Shown here in pieces: positions 39,306-46,726 of a stretch of 46,726 bases of DNA (position 1 is its first letter; every line of letters starts with the position of its first letter). The stretch comes from Calditrichota bacterium (lineage in GTDB: Bacteria > Calditrichota > Calditrichia > JAJRVZ01). Position numbers and translations under genes: made by a program. The notes below the pieces were generated by a model that saw nothing but the letters and a program-made list of their open reading frames with translations, made no database searches and was not told the origin of the DNA. The stretch covers positions 1 to 46,726 of the forward strand of contig JAJRVZ010000080.1 in NCBI GenBank assembly GCA_024277055.1. Reading direction: 5' to 3'.

Positions 39306-40202
39306 TTACAGGGCGCCCTTCGCTATCAATTTCTCCGCAAGTAAAACACCGGCCTTTTCCGCTTCTGTCTTTTTACTTCGGACCTGTTCTTTCAGAAAAG
39401 AGCGGCCGTCAAAACTGCCAACCATGCCGGTGATGGTTAAAGTTTCACTTTCTACCCGCGCCAGCGCTCCGACCGGAAACCGGCAACCACTGTCCAGCTT
39501 TGCCAGACAGGCACGCTCGGCCGTTACGGCCAGGAAAGTATTTTCATCATTGAGTTTTGTGACGACTTCGCCCACTGCGGAATCGTTCCCGCGAATCTGA
39601 ACACCAACGGCACCCTGCCCCACCGCCGGTATCATCGTTTCCACCGGCAGAGTTTCGTATTCGACCTCATCCATTCCGAGCCTTACAAGCGCTGCCCTGG
39701 CCATGATAATGCCGTCAAATTCTTCGCTGTGTAATTTCTCCAGACGGGTGTTGATGTTACCCCGCAGATCGACCATTTGCAGGTCCGGCCGTTTACGTAA
39801 TAACTGGCAGCGACGACGAATGCTGCCGGTTGCAATTTTCGCCCCGTGAGGCAACTCGGAGATACATCTTACGCTGCGCCCGATGAAAACATCCTCAACA
39901 GGTCCACGTTCCGGAACAGCACCCAGCTTTAAACCTTGCGCCATCATTGAAGGCAGGTCTTTCAGGCTGTGCACGGCAATATCGATTTCATTATTGAGCA
40001 GTGCATCTTCTATGGTTTTGGTGAAAACTCCCTGTCCGCCGATTTGCGTCAGCGAAGATTTCTGATCCCGGTCGCCGCCGGTCTGAATAATTGTTATTTC
40101 AAAAACGCAATCGGGATTCAAGACTTTCAGATTATCAGTAACGAAATTGGCCTGCCACAGCGCCAGGGCACTTCCGCGGGTGCCGATCTTAAATTTTCTC
40201 AT
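39306..40202 (-). CDS. hemC: hydroxymethylbilane synthase (porphobilinogen deaminase)
   Basis: Contains IGTRGSALALWQA, GGDR, the cofactor Cys region (LDSGCRFPVGA) and AVHSLKDLP. Confidence 0.95.
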   Translation of the reverse strand: MRKFKIGTRGSALALWQANFVTDNLKVLNPDCVFEITIIQTGGDRDQKSSLTQIGGQGVFTKTIEDALLNNEIDIAVHSLKDLPSMMAQGLKLGAVPERGPVEDVFIGRSVRCISELPHGAKIATGSIRRRCQLLRKRPDLQMVDLRGNINTRLEKLHSEEFDGIIMARAALVRLGMDEVEYETLPVETMIPAVGQGAVGVQIRGNDSAVGEVVTKLNDENTFLAVTAERACLAKLDSGCRFPVGALARVESETLTITGMVGSFDGRSFLKEQVRSKKTEAEKAGVLLAEKLIAKGAL

Positions 40203-41481
40203 TGTTTTCGCCTTTGCTTTCCACTGATTCCAGCCCGTAGATCTCGTTCACCAGGGCGATATAGCGCGATCGTTGTTGTGGATCGTCAACACTGTTTCTG
40301 AGGGTCATTATCTGGTCATGTAAATACTTTTGCATCAGACTGCGGGTAAGATAGTCCACTTCTTTCCAGGTTTCTTCCGGAAATCGTTTTTTCAACCGGT
40401 CGAATTCCGACCGGCGTACCTTTTCAAAATGGCGGTTCAACCGGGTTATCGTTTCCGTAACCGGACGGGTTTGGTACCAGCGTACGAACTCTTTTATGTA
40501 CCCTTCGATGATGCGCTCCGCCTTGGGGATTTCCGTACGCCGTCTTTCCAGGTTTTTGGCCACAATTACTTCCAGATCGTCCAGATTAAATAAAAATACG
40601 CCGTCGATGGCCGCACAGGTCGGATCGATATCGCGGGGAATGGCGATGTCGATCAGAAACAACGGTTTATAATTTCGCCTTTGGGCCATTTGCTCTACCT
40701 GCTGCCGATGCAGCACGAATTCCCTGCTGGAAGTGGCCGTAATAACAATGTCTGTTTTTTCCAGGGCCCGATCCATTTGCTCCAGTCCGAACGCCTGTCC
40801 ACCGAATCGCCCGGCCAGATTTTTCGCCTTCGAAGCCGTACGTTTAACTACATTTATGGAAGCAACTTTTTTATCACGAAAATGAAAGGCAGCCAGTTCC
40901 GCTGTTTCACCGGCGCCGATGAGCAGCACATTTTTATCCTGCAAATTCTGAAATATTTTACGCGCCATTTCCACCGCAGCAAAGGAAATGGAGACGGCTC
41001 CATCTGTTAAAAAGGTCTCGGAGCGTACCTTTTTCTCAACCTGCAGGCCGAAATTCTGAAGTTTATTTAAAATATCGTCTGTGAAATGAGCGTCATGCGC
41101 CACATCGTAAGCAGCTTTCACCTGGCAGGTTATCTGGGTTTCACCGACAATTTGCGAATCCAGGCTGGAAATTACTTTGAAAAAATGCTGAACGGCTTTT
41201 ATACCCCTGAAGGTATAGCTTATTTCCGGATTGCTGAAGCAGTCGGTGTTTTTAAAGGAATTGATGATCCGGCGAACTTCATCGACATTTTCCTGGGCCG
41301 CTTTTCCGCTGAAATAGATCTCGGTGCGGTTGCAGGTTGAAAGTACCATACAGCCGCTGTTCTCAAAATTCCCGGTAATCAGGTTCGCCAGCGCAACCTG
41401 TTCGTTTTCCGCCACTGCTATCTGCTCGCGAACGGCTACATCGGCTGTTTTGTGACTGATACCGATTACCGCAACATCCAT
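40189..41481 (-). CDS. hemA: glutamyl-tRNA reductase
   Basis: Contains VAVIGISHKTADVAVRE, active-site STCNRTEIY and NADPH-binding IGAGETAEL. I prefer the start at the ATG at 41481 (alternatives 41493 and 41502). The ORF-track start at 41559 overlaps hemX. Confidence 0.9.
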   Translation of the reverse strand: MDVAVIGISHKTADVAVREQIAVAENEQVALANLITGNFENSGCMVLSTCNRTEIYFSGKAAQENVDEVRRIINSFKNTDCFSNPEISYTFRGIKAVQHFFKVISSLDSQIVGETQITCQVKAAYDVAHDAHFTDDILNKLQNFGLQVEKKVRSETFLTDGAVSISFAAVEMARKIFQNLQDKNVLLIGAGETAELAAFHFRDKKVASINVVKRTASKAKNLAGRFGGQAFGLEQMDRALEKTDIVITATSSREFVLHRQQVEQMAQRRNYKPLFLIDIAIPRDIDPTCAAIDGVFLFNLDDLEVIVAKNLERRRTEIPKAERIIEGYIKEFVRWYQTRPVTETITRLNRHFEKVRRSEFDRLKKRFPEETWKEVDYLTRSLMQKYLHDQIMTLRNSVDDPQQRSRYIALVNEIYGLESVESKGENNEKI

Positions 41482-41512
41482 TTCCGTTTCCATGCCATCC
41501 ATTCCCGTACCG

Positions 41513-42337
41513 TCAATTGAACTGGTGAAATGATTGTTGAAAGAACACAAGTGCCACATTGGAAAGGATCAGCACGGCGAACCCGGCAATAGACAGGTAA
41601 GCCATCCATAGTCCGCGCCATTTGCGCAGATAGGAGATACCCATGCCGATAAAATAACTGATCCACAATGCATCACTGATCAAAACCTTGGGATCGGCCG
41701 GCCAGAAAGAGCCGATGACGGCATTGGCCCGGAAATGACCAAGCAGAATACCCGTTCCAAGCAGGAAAATGCCGATCTGAACCGAACGAACACTCATCGA
41801 TTCAAGCAGCATTAGCGGCGGAAGGTTTTCAAAAACCGGTCCCATTTTGTGGTTTTTCAGATTTCGGTTGAGCAAGACATACATCAGTGCATAAACAGCG
41901 CTGATACTGATCGCCGTGTAGCCTCCGATGGTCGTTACCACATGAAATGCAAAAACCGGGTCCTGCAATATGGGATCTATTACCAGATTCCAGTCATAAA
42001 AAATCGATGAAACGGTCTGCAGAAGAAAGGGCAGAAACAACAGTAAAAAACCGGTCGCCTTGTTTTTGTAAGTCAGTTCCAGGATCAGGTAGATGAGCAG
42101 GATTACAAATGCAAGGAAAGATAAGGCATCCGACTTTGAGACCAAGGGCAGCGCATGAAATACCATCCCCCGCAGGACAATACCGGTACCGTGAATCAGC
42201 AGCAGGAAAACAATGATGAAAGGAGTGAATTTAACCAACCGCTTGGTTTTACTGAAAAATATCAAACCATATACAAAAATAGCCCCCAGATACAGGGTCG
42301 GTAACAGAACACTTATCGCCTGGCTTATCAGTTTCAT
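41513..42337 (-). CDS. hemX: CcsA/HemX-family cytochrome c assembly-like membrane protein, first gene of the heme operon
   Basis: About 274 aa with 8 hydrophobic helices, and a Trp-containing segment late in the protein (WPADPKVLISDALWISYF). Its position immediately upstream of hemA matches B. subtilis hemAXCDBL-type loci. The start at 42337 is preceded by GAGGAAAC. Confidence 0.7.
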   Translation of the reverse strand: MKLISQAISVLLPTLYLGAIFVYGLIFFSKTKRLVKFTPFIIVFLLLIHGTGIVLRGMVFHALPLVSKSDALSFLAFVILLIYLILELTYKNKATGFLLLFLPFLLQTVSSIFYDWNLVIDPILQDPVFAFHVVTTIGGYTAISISAVYALMYVLLNRNLKNHKMGPVFENLPPLMLLESMSVRSVQIGIFLLGTGILLGHFRANAVIGSFWPADPKVLISDALWISYFIGMGISYLRKWRGLWMAYLSIAGFAVLILSNVALVFFQQSFHQFN

Positions 42338-42469
42338 AGTTTCCTCGTTATCAAACGGCGGTGAAACAAGCAAATTGTAAGCCAATAATAATCTGAAAGC
42401 ACATCTCAAGGTGTAACCTGTTGTTTTTTAAGCAAAACTCAAAAAGATTAAAATAAGGTTAGCGGAGTG

Positions 42470-42522
42470 ATTATAAGGGCTGACTTTTATTTTGAAACAG
42501 TGCCTGTTTCAGTCTGAAACAG
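42470..42522 (-). promoter_or_regulatory. candidate heme-operon promoter (-10 TATAAT) with overlapping three-arm palindromic operator
   Basis: The minus-strand TATAAT lies at 42475-42470. The three arms are TGAAACAG (42493-42500), CTGTTTCAG (42504-42512) and CTGAAACAG (42514-42522). Arm 1 sits exactly where a -35 element with a 17-nt spacer would be. Confidence 0.45.
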
Positions 42523-42645
42523 ATTATGAATCGAAGATACAGTCGGAATCCGGCCCGGAAAAAGAAATGAGTGGCGATTTGAATTACCTGAATACGGGAA
42601 CCATTTCTTTTGGGCTGCAGAACAATCTACCGGATTTATTGTTTT

Positions 42646-43914
42646 TTAATATCCGAAAAAAGACTTGGCTTGTTTCAGTTGTTCCACAAAATAGTCAATT
42701 TCCGATTTGGTATTGTAAAAATAAAAACTGGCACGGGTCGTTGCGGCAATATCCAGTTTGCGCATAATCGGCTGCGCACAATGGTGACCGGCCCTTACTG
42801 CAATCCCGGACTGATCCAGCAGGTGGGACATGTCATGCGGATGGATATCCAGCAGGTTGAATGAAATGACCCCGCCACGTTCCGGTGCGTGCCCGTAAAT
42901 GGTAATTCCGTCGATTTCACTCATTTTATCAAGTGCATAGGTGGTCAGTTCCTGCTCCCAGAGTGTCATCGAAACCATTCCAATCTTATTGATATAATCT
43001 ATGGCGGCTGCCAATCCCACAGCGCCGGCGATATTCGGTGTTCCCGCCTCAAATTTGTGGGGAATCTCATTCCAGGTGGCATTTTCCAGCCATACGGAAT
43101 TAATCATCTCGCCACCGCCCTGATAGGGATTCATATTTTCCAGAATACGGCTTTTGGCATACAGCACTCCGATTCCGGTCGGTCCCATCATTTTATGCCC
43201 GGAAAAGGCCAGAAAATCACAATCCAGGAATTCGACATCGACCGGCAGGTGCGGAACACTCTGGGCGGCATCCAGCAGAACAGGAACGCCACGGTCATGC
43301 GCCATGCTGATGATGCGCTTGATAGGATTGATGGTGCCGAATACATTGGACATATGAGTAATGGCGATGAGTTTGGTTTTGCCGGAAAGCAATTGCTCGA
43401 AAACGGGAAAGTCGATGGTACCTTCATCCGTGAATGGGATGAAACGCAGCCTGGCCCCGGTTTCCCTTGCCAGAATCTGCCATGGAATCAGGTTGCTGTG
43501 ATGCTCCATTTCACTGAGAATAATCTCGTCTCCCTCTTCCATGAACTTTCTGCCCCAGCCGGCGGCCACCAGGTTAATCGCTTCGGTGGTGCCCCTGGTG
43601 AAAATGATCTGCCGCTCCGATTTTGCACCGATAAATCCGGCAACTTTTTTTCGGGCTTCTTCGAAGGCAGTCGTCGCCCGGTCCCCCAGTTCGTGAATGG
43701 CCCGGTGTACATTGGCATTTGAATGACGGTAGTAATCCGAAATCGTATCGATGACGGAGGAAGGTTTCTGGGTTGTGGCCGCATTGTCAAAATAAACCAG
43801 CGGTTTTCCGTGAACCTTTTCTCCGAGAATGGGAAAATCTTTACGATAGGTTTCAGGGTCGAAAGATGAAATATCTATTTTCTGTGTTTTCACCAGAATT
43901 TCCAGTGTTTCCAT
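42646..43914 (-). CDS. sufS: cysteine desulfurase SufS
   Basis: Class-V aminotransferase with PLP-Lys region FSGHKMMGPTGIGVLY, catalytic Cys loop RAGHHCAQP and N-terminal FDNAATTQKP. Confidence 0.95.
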   Translation of the reverse strand: METLEILVKTQKIDISSFDPETYRKDFPILGEKVHGKPLVYFDNAATTQKPSSVIDTISDYYRHSNANVHRAIHELGDRATTAFEEARKKVAGFIGAKSERQIIFTRGTTEAINLVAAGWGRKFMEEGDEIILSEMEHHSNLIPWQILARETGARLRFIPFTDEGTIDFPVFEQLLSGKTKLIAITHMSNVFGTINPIKRIISMAHDRGVPVLLDAAQSVPHLPVDVEFLDCDFLAFSGHKMMGPTGIGVLYAKSRILENMNPYQGGGEMINSVWLENATWNEIPHKFEAGTPNIAGAVGLAAAIDYINKIGMVSMTLWEQELTTYALDKMSEIDGITIYGHAPERGGVISFNLLDIHPHDMSHLLDQSGIAVRAGHHCAQPIMRKLDIAATTRASFYFYNTKSEIDYFVEQLKQAKSFFGY

Positions 43915-43929
43915 TATATATCCTGTATA

Positions 43930-44232
43930 TTATAATCCCAGTTGCAGACGTGCCGCCTCCGACATCATCGCGGGGGACCACATCGGTTCCCACACGATTT
44001 CAACGTCTACGTTTTGCACCCCTTCAATCGCACTTACTTTATGTCTGATTTCATCAGGCAACGATGCCGCCGCCGGGCAGTTTGGTGTCGTCAGGGTCAT
44101 TTTTATTAATACTTCGTTTGAATCGTTTATGCTGACATCGTAAATCAGGCCCAGTTCGTAAATATTAACCGGAATCTCCGGGTCGAAAACGGTTTTCAAA
44201 ACCTGATTTACCTGCTCTTCCGTCACAGCCAT
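43930..44232 (-). CDS. sufT: SufT/DUF59 (MIP18-family) Fe-S assembly protein
   Basis: Contains VFDPEIPVNIYELGLIYDV and the conserved Cys in LTTPNCPAA. The start is trimmed to the ATG at 44232 to avoid overlap with sufU. Confidence 0.85.
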   Translation of the reverse strand: MAVTEEQVNQVLKTVFDPEIPVNIYELGLIYDVSINDSNEVLIKMTLTTPNCPAAASLPDEIRHKVSAIEGVQNVDVEIVWEPMWSPAMMSEAARLQLGL

Positions 44233-44284
44233 TTTTACCTCACAAAATTTATGATTTTTGGTAACGCATGATGCGATACCGCTG

Positions 44285-44746
44285 TCAATTTTCTTCTTCA
44301 GTTGAAACCGTGTTTTCGCTTCCTGCCAGTGCAGAATGCATGGCATGCCAGGGCAGCGTTGCGCATTTCACCCGTACCGGGAATTCCGCAACACCGGCAA
44401 AAACCGCCAGTTTCCCCAGCTCTTCCATATGCGCGGCGGCATCCAGCTCGCCGGTAACGATCTTGTGAAAAACATCGAACAGTTTTTCAGCTTCCGCCTT
44501 CGTTTTTCCTTTCAGAATGGTACTCATGATGGATGCGGAGGATTTTGAAATAGCGCAACCGGCACCGTTGAAGCTGACCTTTTCTATTCTATCGCCGTTC
44601 ATTTTCAGGTAAATCGTATAATGATCTCCACACAGCGGATTACGCCCCTCCACCGCATGATCGGCATGTTCCATTTCTCCGAAGTTTCGGGGATTGCGGT
44701 TGTGATCCATAATCACTTCCTGGTACAATTCTCGCAATTCGTCCAT
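44285..44746 (-). CDS. sufU: SufU (NifU/IscU-like) sulfur-transfer/scaffold protein
   Basis: Contains LYQEVIMDHNRNPRN, NPLCGD, GAGCAISKSSASIM and CATLPW, the three Cys ligands with SufU-type spacing. Confidence 0.9.
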   Translation of the reverse strand: MDELRELYQEVIMDHNRNPRNFGEMEHADHAVEGRNPLCGDHYTIYLKMNGDRIEKVSFNGAGCAISKSSASIMSTILKGKTKAEAEKLFDVFHKIVTGELDAAAHMEELGKLAVFAGVAEFPVRVKCATLPWHAMHSALAGSENTVSTEEEN

Positions 44747-44781
44747 TTATCCTTTATCCTTTCCTTCCCCCGTGTTTGTGT

Positions 44782-46125
44782 TCACACCGGTTCAACCGTA
44801 TGCAACTTTTCAGCCAGCAGATGCGCTATTTTTTCCCGCAAAGAGTCCGGCTGTATCTGATCGATGATTTCGCTGGCAAATGCATAAATAAGTAATTGAT
44901 GGGCCTTTCCGGTGCCGATGCCCCGGGCACGCAGGTAAAACAAGGCGTCATCATCAATCTGACCAATTGTTGCGCCGTGCGTGCATTTTACATCATCGGC
45001 ATAAATTTCCAGCTGCGGCTTGGTATCCACGCCGGCGTTTTCCGAAAGCAGCAGAGCGTGGTTGCCCTGCACGGCGTTGGTTTTCTGGGCATCGGGATGT
45101 ACAAATATTTTACCGTTGAAAACCCCTTTGGCTTTGCCGTTCAAAATTCCTTTGTACAACTCGTGGCTTTCACAATTCGGTTTGGCATGATGAATTGCCG
45201 TATGATTGTCGATATGCTGATCACCGTCGGCAACATACACACCGTTCAGCGTCGTTTCGATGCCCTCTCCGTCGAGTATGGCGTTTATATTATGTCTCAC
45301 CAGTTTACCGCCGAAATTGATCGCCTGCGAACGGTATCGGCTGTCATTTTGCAGGCGCACAAAAGTGGAGCCGACATGGAACGAATTCAGATTTTCCTGC
45401 TGTAAAACTACGTGACCGATACCGGCATTTGCACCCAGTGATATTTCCGAAACACAATTGGTAAAATTCATTTTCGAACCGTCTGCGACAAAATACTCGA
45501 TAATTTCCGCGGCAGCGCCCCGTTCGGCAACGATCAGGTTGCGGGGCTGGATCAGCTGCGGTTGTTCCGCATCGGCGGATACGAACAGTAACTGAATCGG
45601 TTTATCCAGCTGAACGTTCTCCGGCAGATATACGAATGCCCCGTCGCTGATAAAAGCCGTGCTCAACGCAGTGAAAGCATCCTCTTCAAAAACTGCCTGT
45701 TCCGCCAGTGCCTGCACGGTTTCGTGGTCGCTATTCATCTGTTCCGATAAACCGCTTACGATTGCGCCTTCCGGCAGGTTTTCCGTGGCTGAAAATTCCG
45801 GCTTGAACCGCCCGTTTACAAATACCAGACGGTAGGCTTCCGCTTCGCTCATGAAATGCCGTCTGATTTCATTTTCATTTGCTGTTGCTTCCTCGGAAAG
45901 AATTGCAGGAAGGAATTCATTCCCGGCAATAGATTCGACATTGGTATATTTCCATTCCTCGTCGCGCGTGGAAGGAAATCCTTTTTCAGCGAAAGACTCA
46001 AGTCCTTTGCGACGCAGGGCATGCAATTCGCTGCTCTGTTGCCCGTTCAGGTTTTCTTCGAATATTTTGAAACGGGAGCGGTACCAGTCCACTGTTTTGG
46101 TGTATTTCGTTTCCGTCATTATCAA
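44782..46125 (-). CDS. sufD: Fe-S cluster assembly protein SufD
   Basis: 447 aa with a beta-helix repeat region and the C-terminal string DVKCTHGATIGQIDDDALFYLRARGI typical of SufD/SufB. ATGA-type overlap with sufC. Confidence 0.92.
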   Translation of the reverse strand: MIMTETKYTKTVDWYRSRFKIFEENLNGQQSSELHALRRKGLESFAEKGFPSTRDEEWKYTNVESIAGNEFLPAILSEEATANENEIRRHFMSEAEAYRLVFVNGRFKPEFSATENLPEGAIVSGLSEQMNSDHETVQALAEQAVFEEDAFTALSTAFISDGAFVYLPENVQLDKPIQLLFVSADAEQPQLIQPRNLIVAERGAAAEIIEYFVADGSKMNFTNCVSEISLGANAGIGHVVLQQENLNSFHVGSTFVRLQNDSRYRSQAINFGGKLVRHNINAILDGEGIETTLNGVYVADGDQHIDNHTAIHHAKPNCESHELYKGILNGKAKGVFNGKIFVHPDAQKTNAVQGNHALLLSENAGVDTKPQLEIYADDVKCTHGATIGQIDDDALFYLRARGIGTGKAHQLLIYAFASEIIDQIQPDSLREKIAHLLAEKLHTVEPV

Positions 46126-46726
46126 ACGACCTCCGCCGGCTGGTCTTTGAGCCAGTCATAGCCCTTCTCTTCCAATTCGTATGCCAGTTCTTTCCCGCCG
46201 GATTTTATGATTCTACCCCCCGAAAGTACATGCACATAATCGGGAATGATATAATCCAGCAACCGCTGATAGTGGGTAATCACCAGAAAAGCGTTGTCTT
46301 TTTTACGCAGTTTATTAACTCCCCCGGCGACAATCTTCAGGGCATCGATATCAAGACCGGAATCGGTTTCATCGAGAATACCCAGTTTCGGTTCAAGCAC
46401 CGCCATCTGAAATATTTCGTTGCGTTTCTTTTCTCCACCGGAAAAGCCCTCGTTTACGGCCCGGTTCAACAGAGATTGATCTATATTCACGATTTTCATT
46501 TTTTCCTTTACCAGCGCCAGAAAATCAACCGCATCTATTTCTTCTTCGCCACGGTACCTGCGAATTTCATTCATCCCGGTACGCAGGAAATAATTATTGC
46601 TGATACCGGGAATCTCCACCGGGTATTGAAAAGCCAGAAAAATTCCTTCCCGCGCACGCTCTTCCGGGGCAAGGTCCAGAAGATTTTTGTCCTGGTACCA
46701 GACCTCGCCTTCGGTCACCTCATATC
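46122..46726 (-). CDS. sufC: Fe-S cluster assembly ATPase SufC (C-terminal ~200 aa; N-terminus beyond window end)
   Basis: Contains GIFLAFQYPVEIPG, ABC signature FSGGEKKR, Walker B LGILDETDSGLDIDAL and H-loop ITHY. The frame is open to position 46726. Confidence 0.93.
   Translation of the reverse strand, partial: YEVTEGEVWYQDKNLLDLAPEERAREGIFLAFQYPVEIPGISNNYFLRTGMNEIRRYRGEEEIDAVDFLALVKEKMKIVNIDQSLLNRAVNEGFSGGEKKRNEIFQMAVLEPKLGILDETDSGLDIDALKIVAGGVNKLRKKDNAFLVITHYQRLLDYIIPDYVHVLSGGRIIKSGGKELAYELEEKGYDWLKDQPAEVV

Noticed and set aside
42724-42739. Sigma-54-like motif TGGCACGGGTCGTTGC on the plus strand.
   Set aside because: The GG-to-GC spacing is one nucleotide too long. The site also lies inside the sufS coding region, pointing antisense with no downstream gene.

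Overview
This is a 46.7-kb, densely coded chromosomal segment from a diderm bacterium. The gene content looks FCB-superphylum-like (LptE-like lipoprotein, PorV/PorQ-like barrel, beta-propeller/Y_Y_Y hybrid kinase), but the taxon cannot be assigned from sequence alone. I call 40 CDS, 34 on the minus strand, and almost all are housekeeping. They include a complete 10-gene heme operon (hemX-A-C-D-E-N-H-Y-B-L, 31.3-42.3 kb) and a Suf Fe-S cluster (sufC-D-U-T-S, 42.6 kb to the window end). A dnaE-dtd-PASTA-rpe block, ahcY, an EF-G paralog and a HIT-hutI-EVE unit are also present, along with a 1450-aa hybrid sensor kinase, two sigma-54 activators, a MATE exporter, hypA-hypB and an OmpA-family protein. 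I saw no rRNA, tRNA, CRISPR array, transposase, integrase, phage gene or recognisable defence system. The best candidate for something undescribed is a single ORF that fuses an ECF-type sigma factor to a SahR-like SAM-methyltransferase domain. It lies 53 bp upstream of adenosylhomocysteinase and may be a SAM/SAH-gated sigma factor. Three secondary oddities stand out. A near-consensus sigma-54 promoter sits almost on the start codon of a receiver protein that lacks the phospho-acceptor Asp, next to a TPR protein and an NtrC-type activator with no kinase. An N-terminally truncated MurF-like ligase is translationally coupled to orphan hypA-hypB. A three-arm perfect palindrome overlaps the -35 position of a TATAAT promoter in front of the heme operon. 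All functional calls come from motif reading by eye; no database search was possible.
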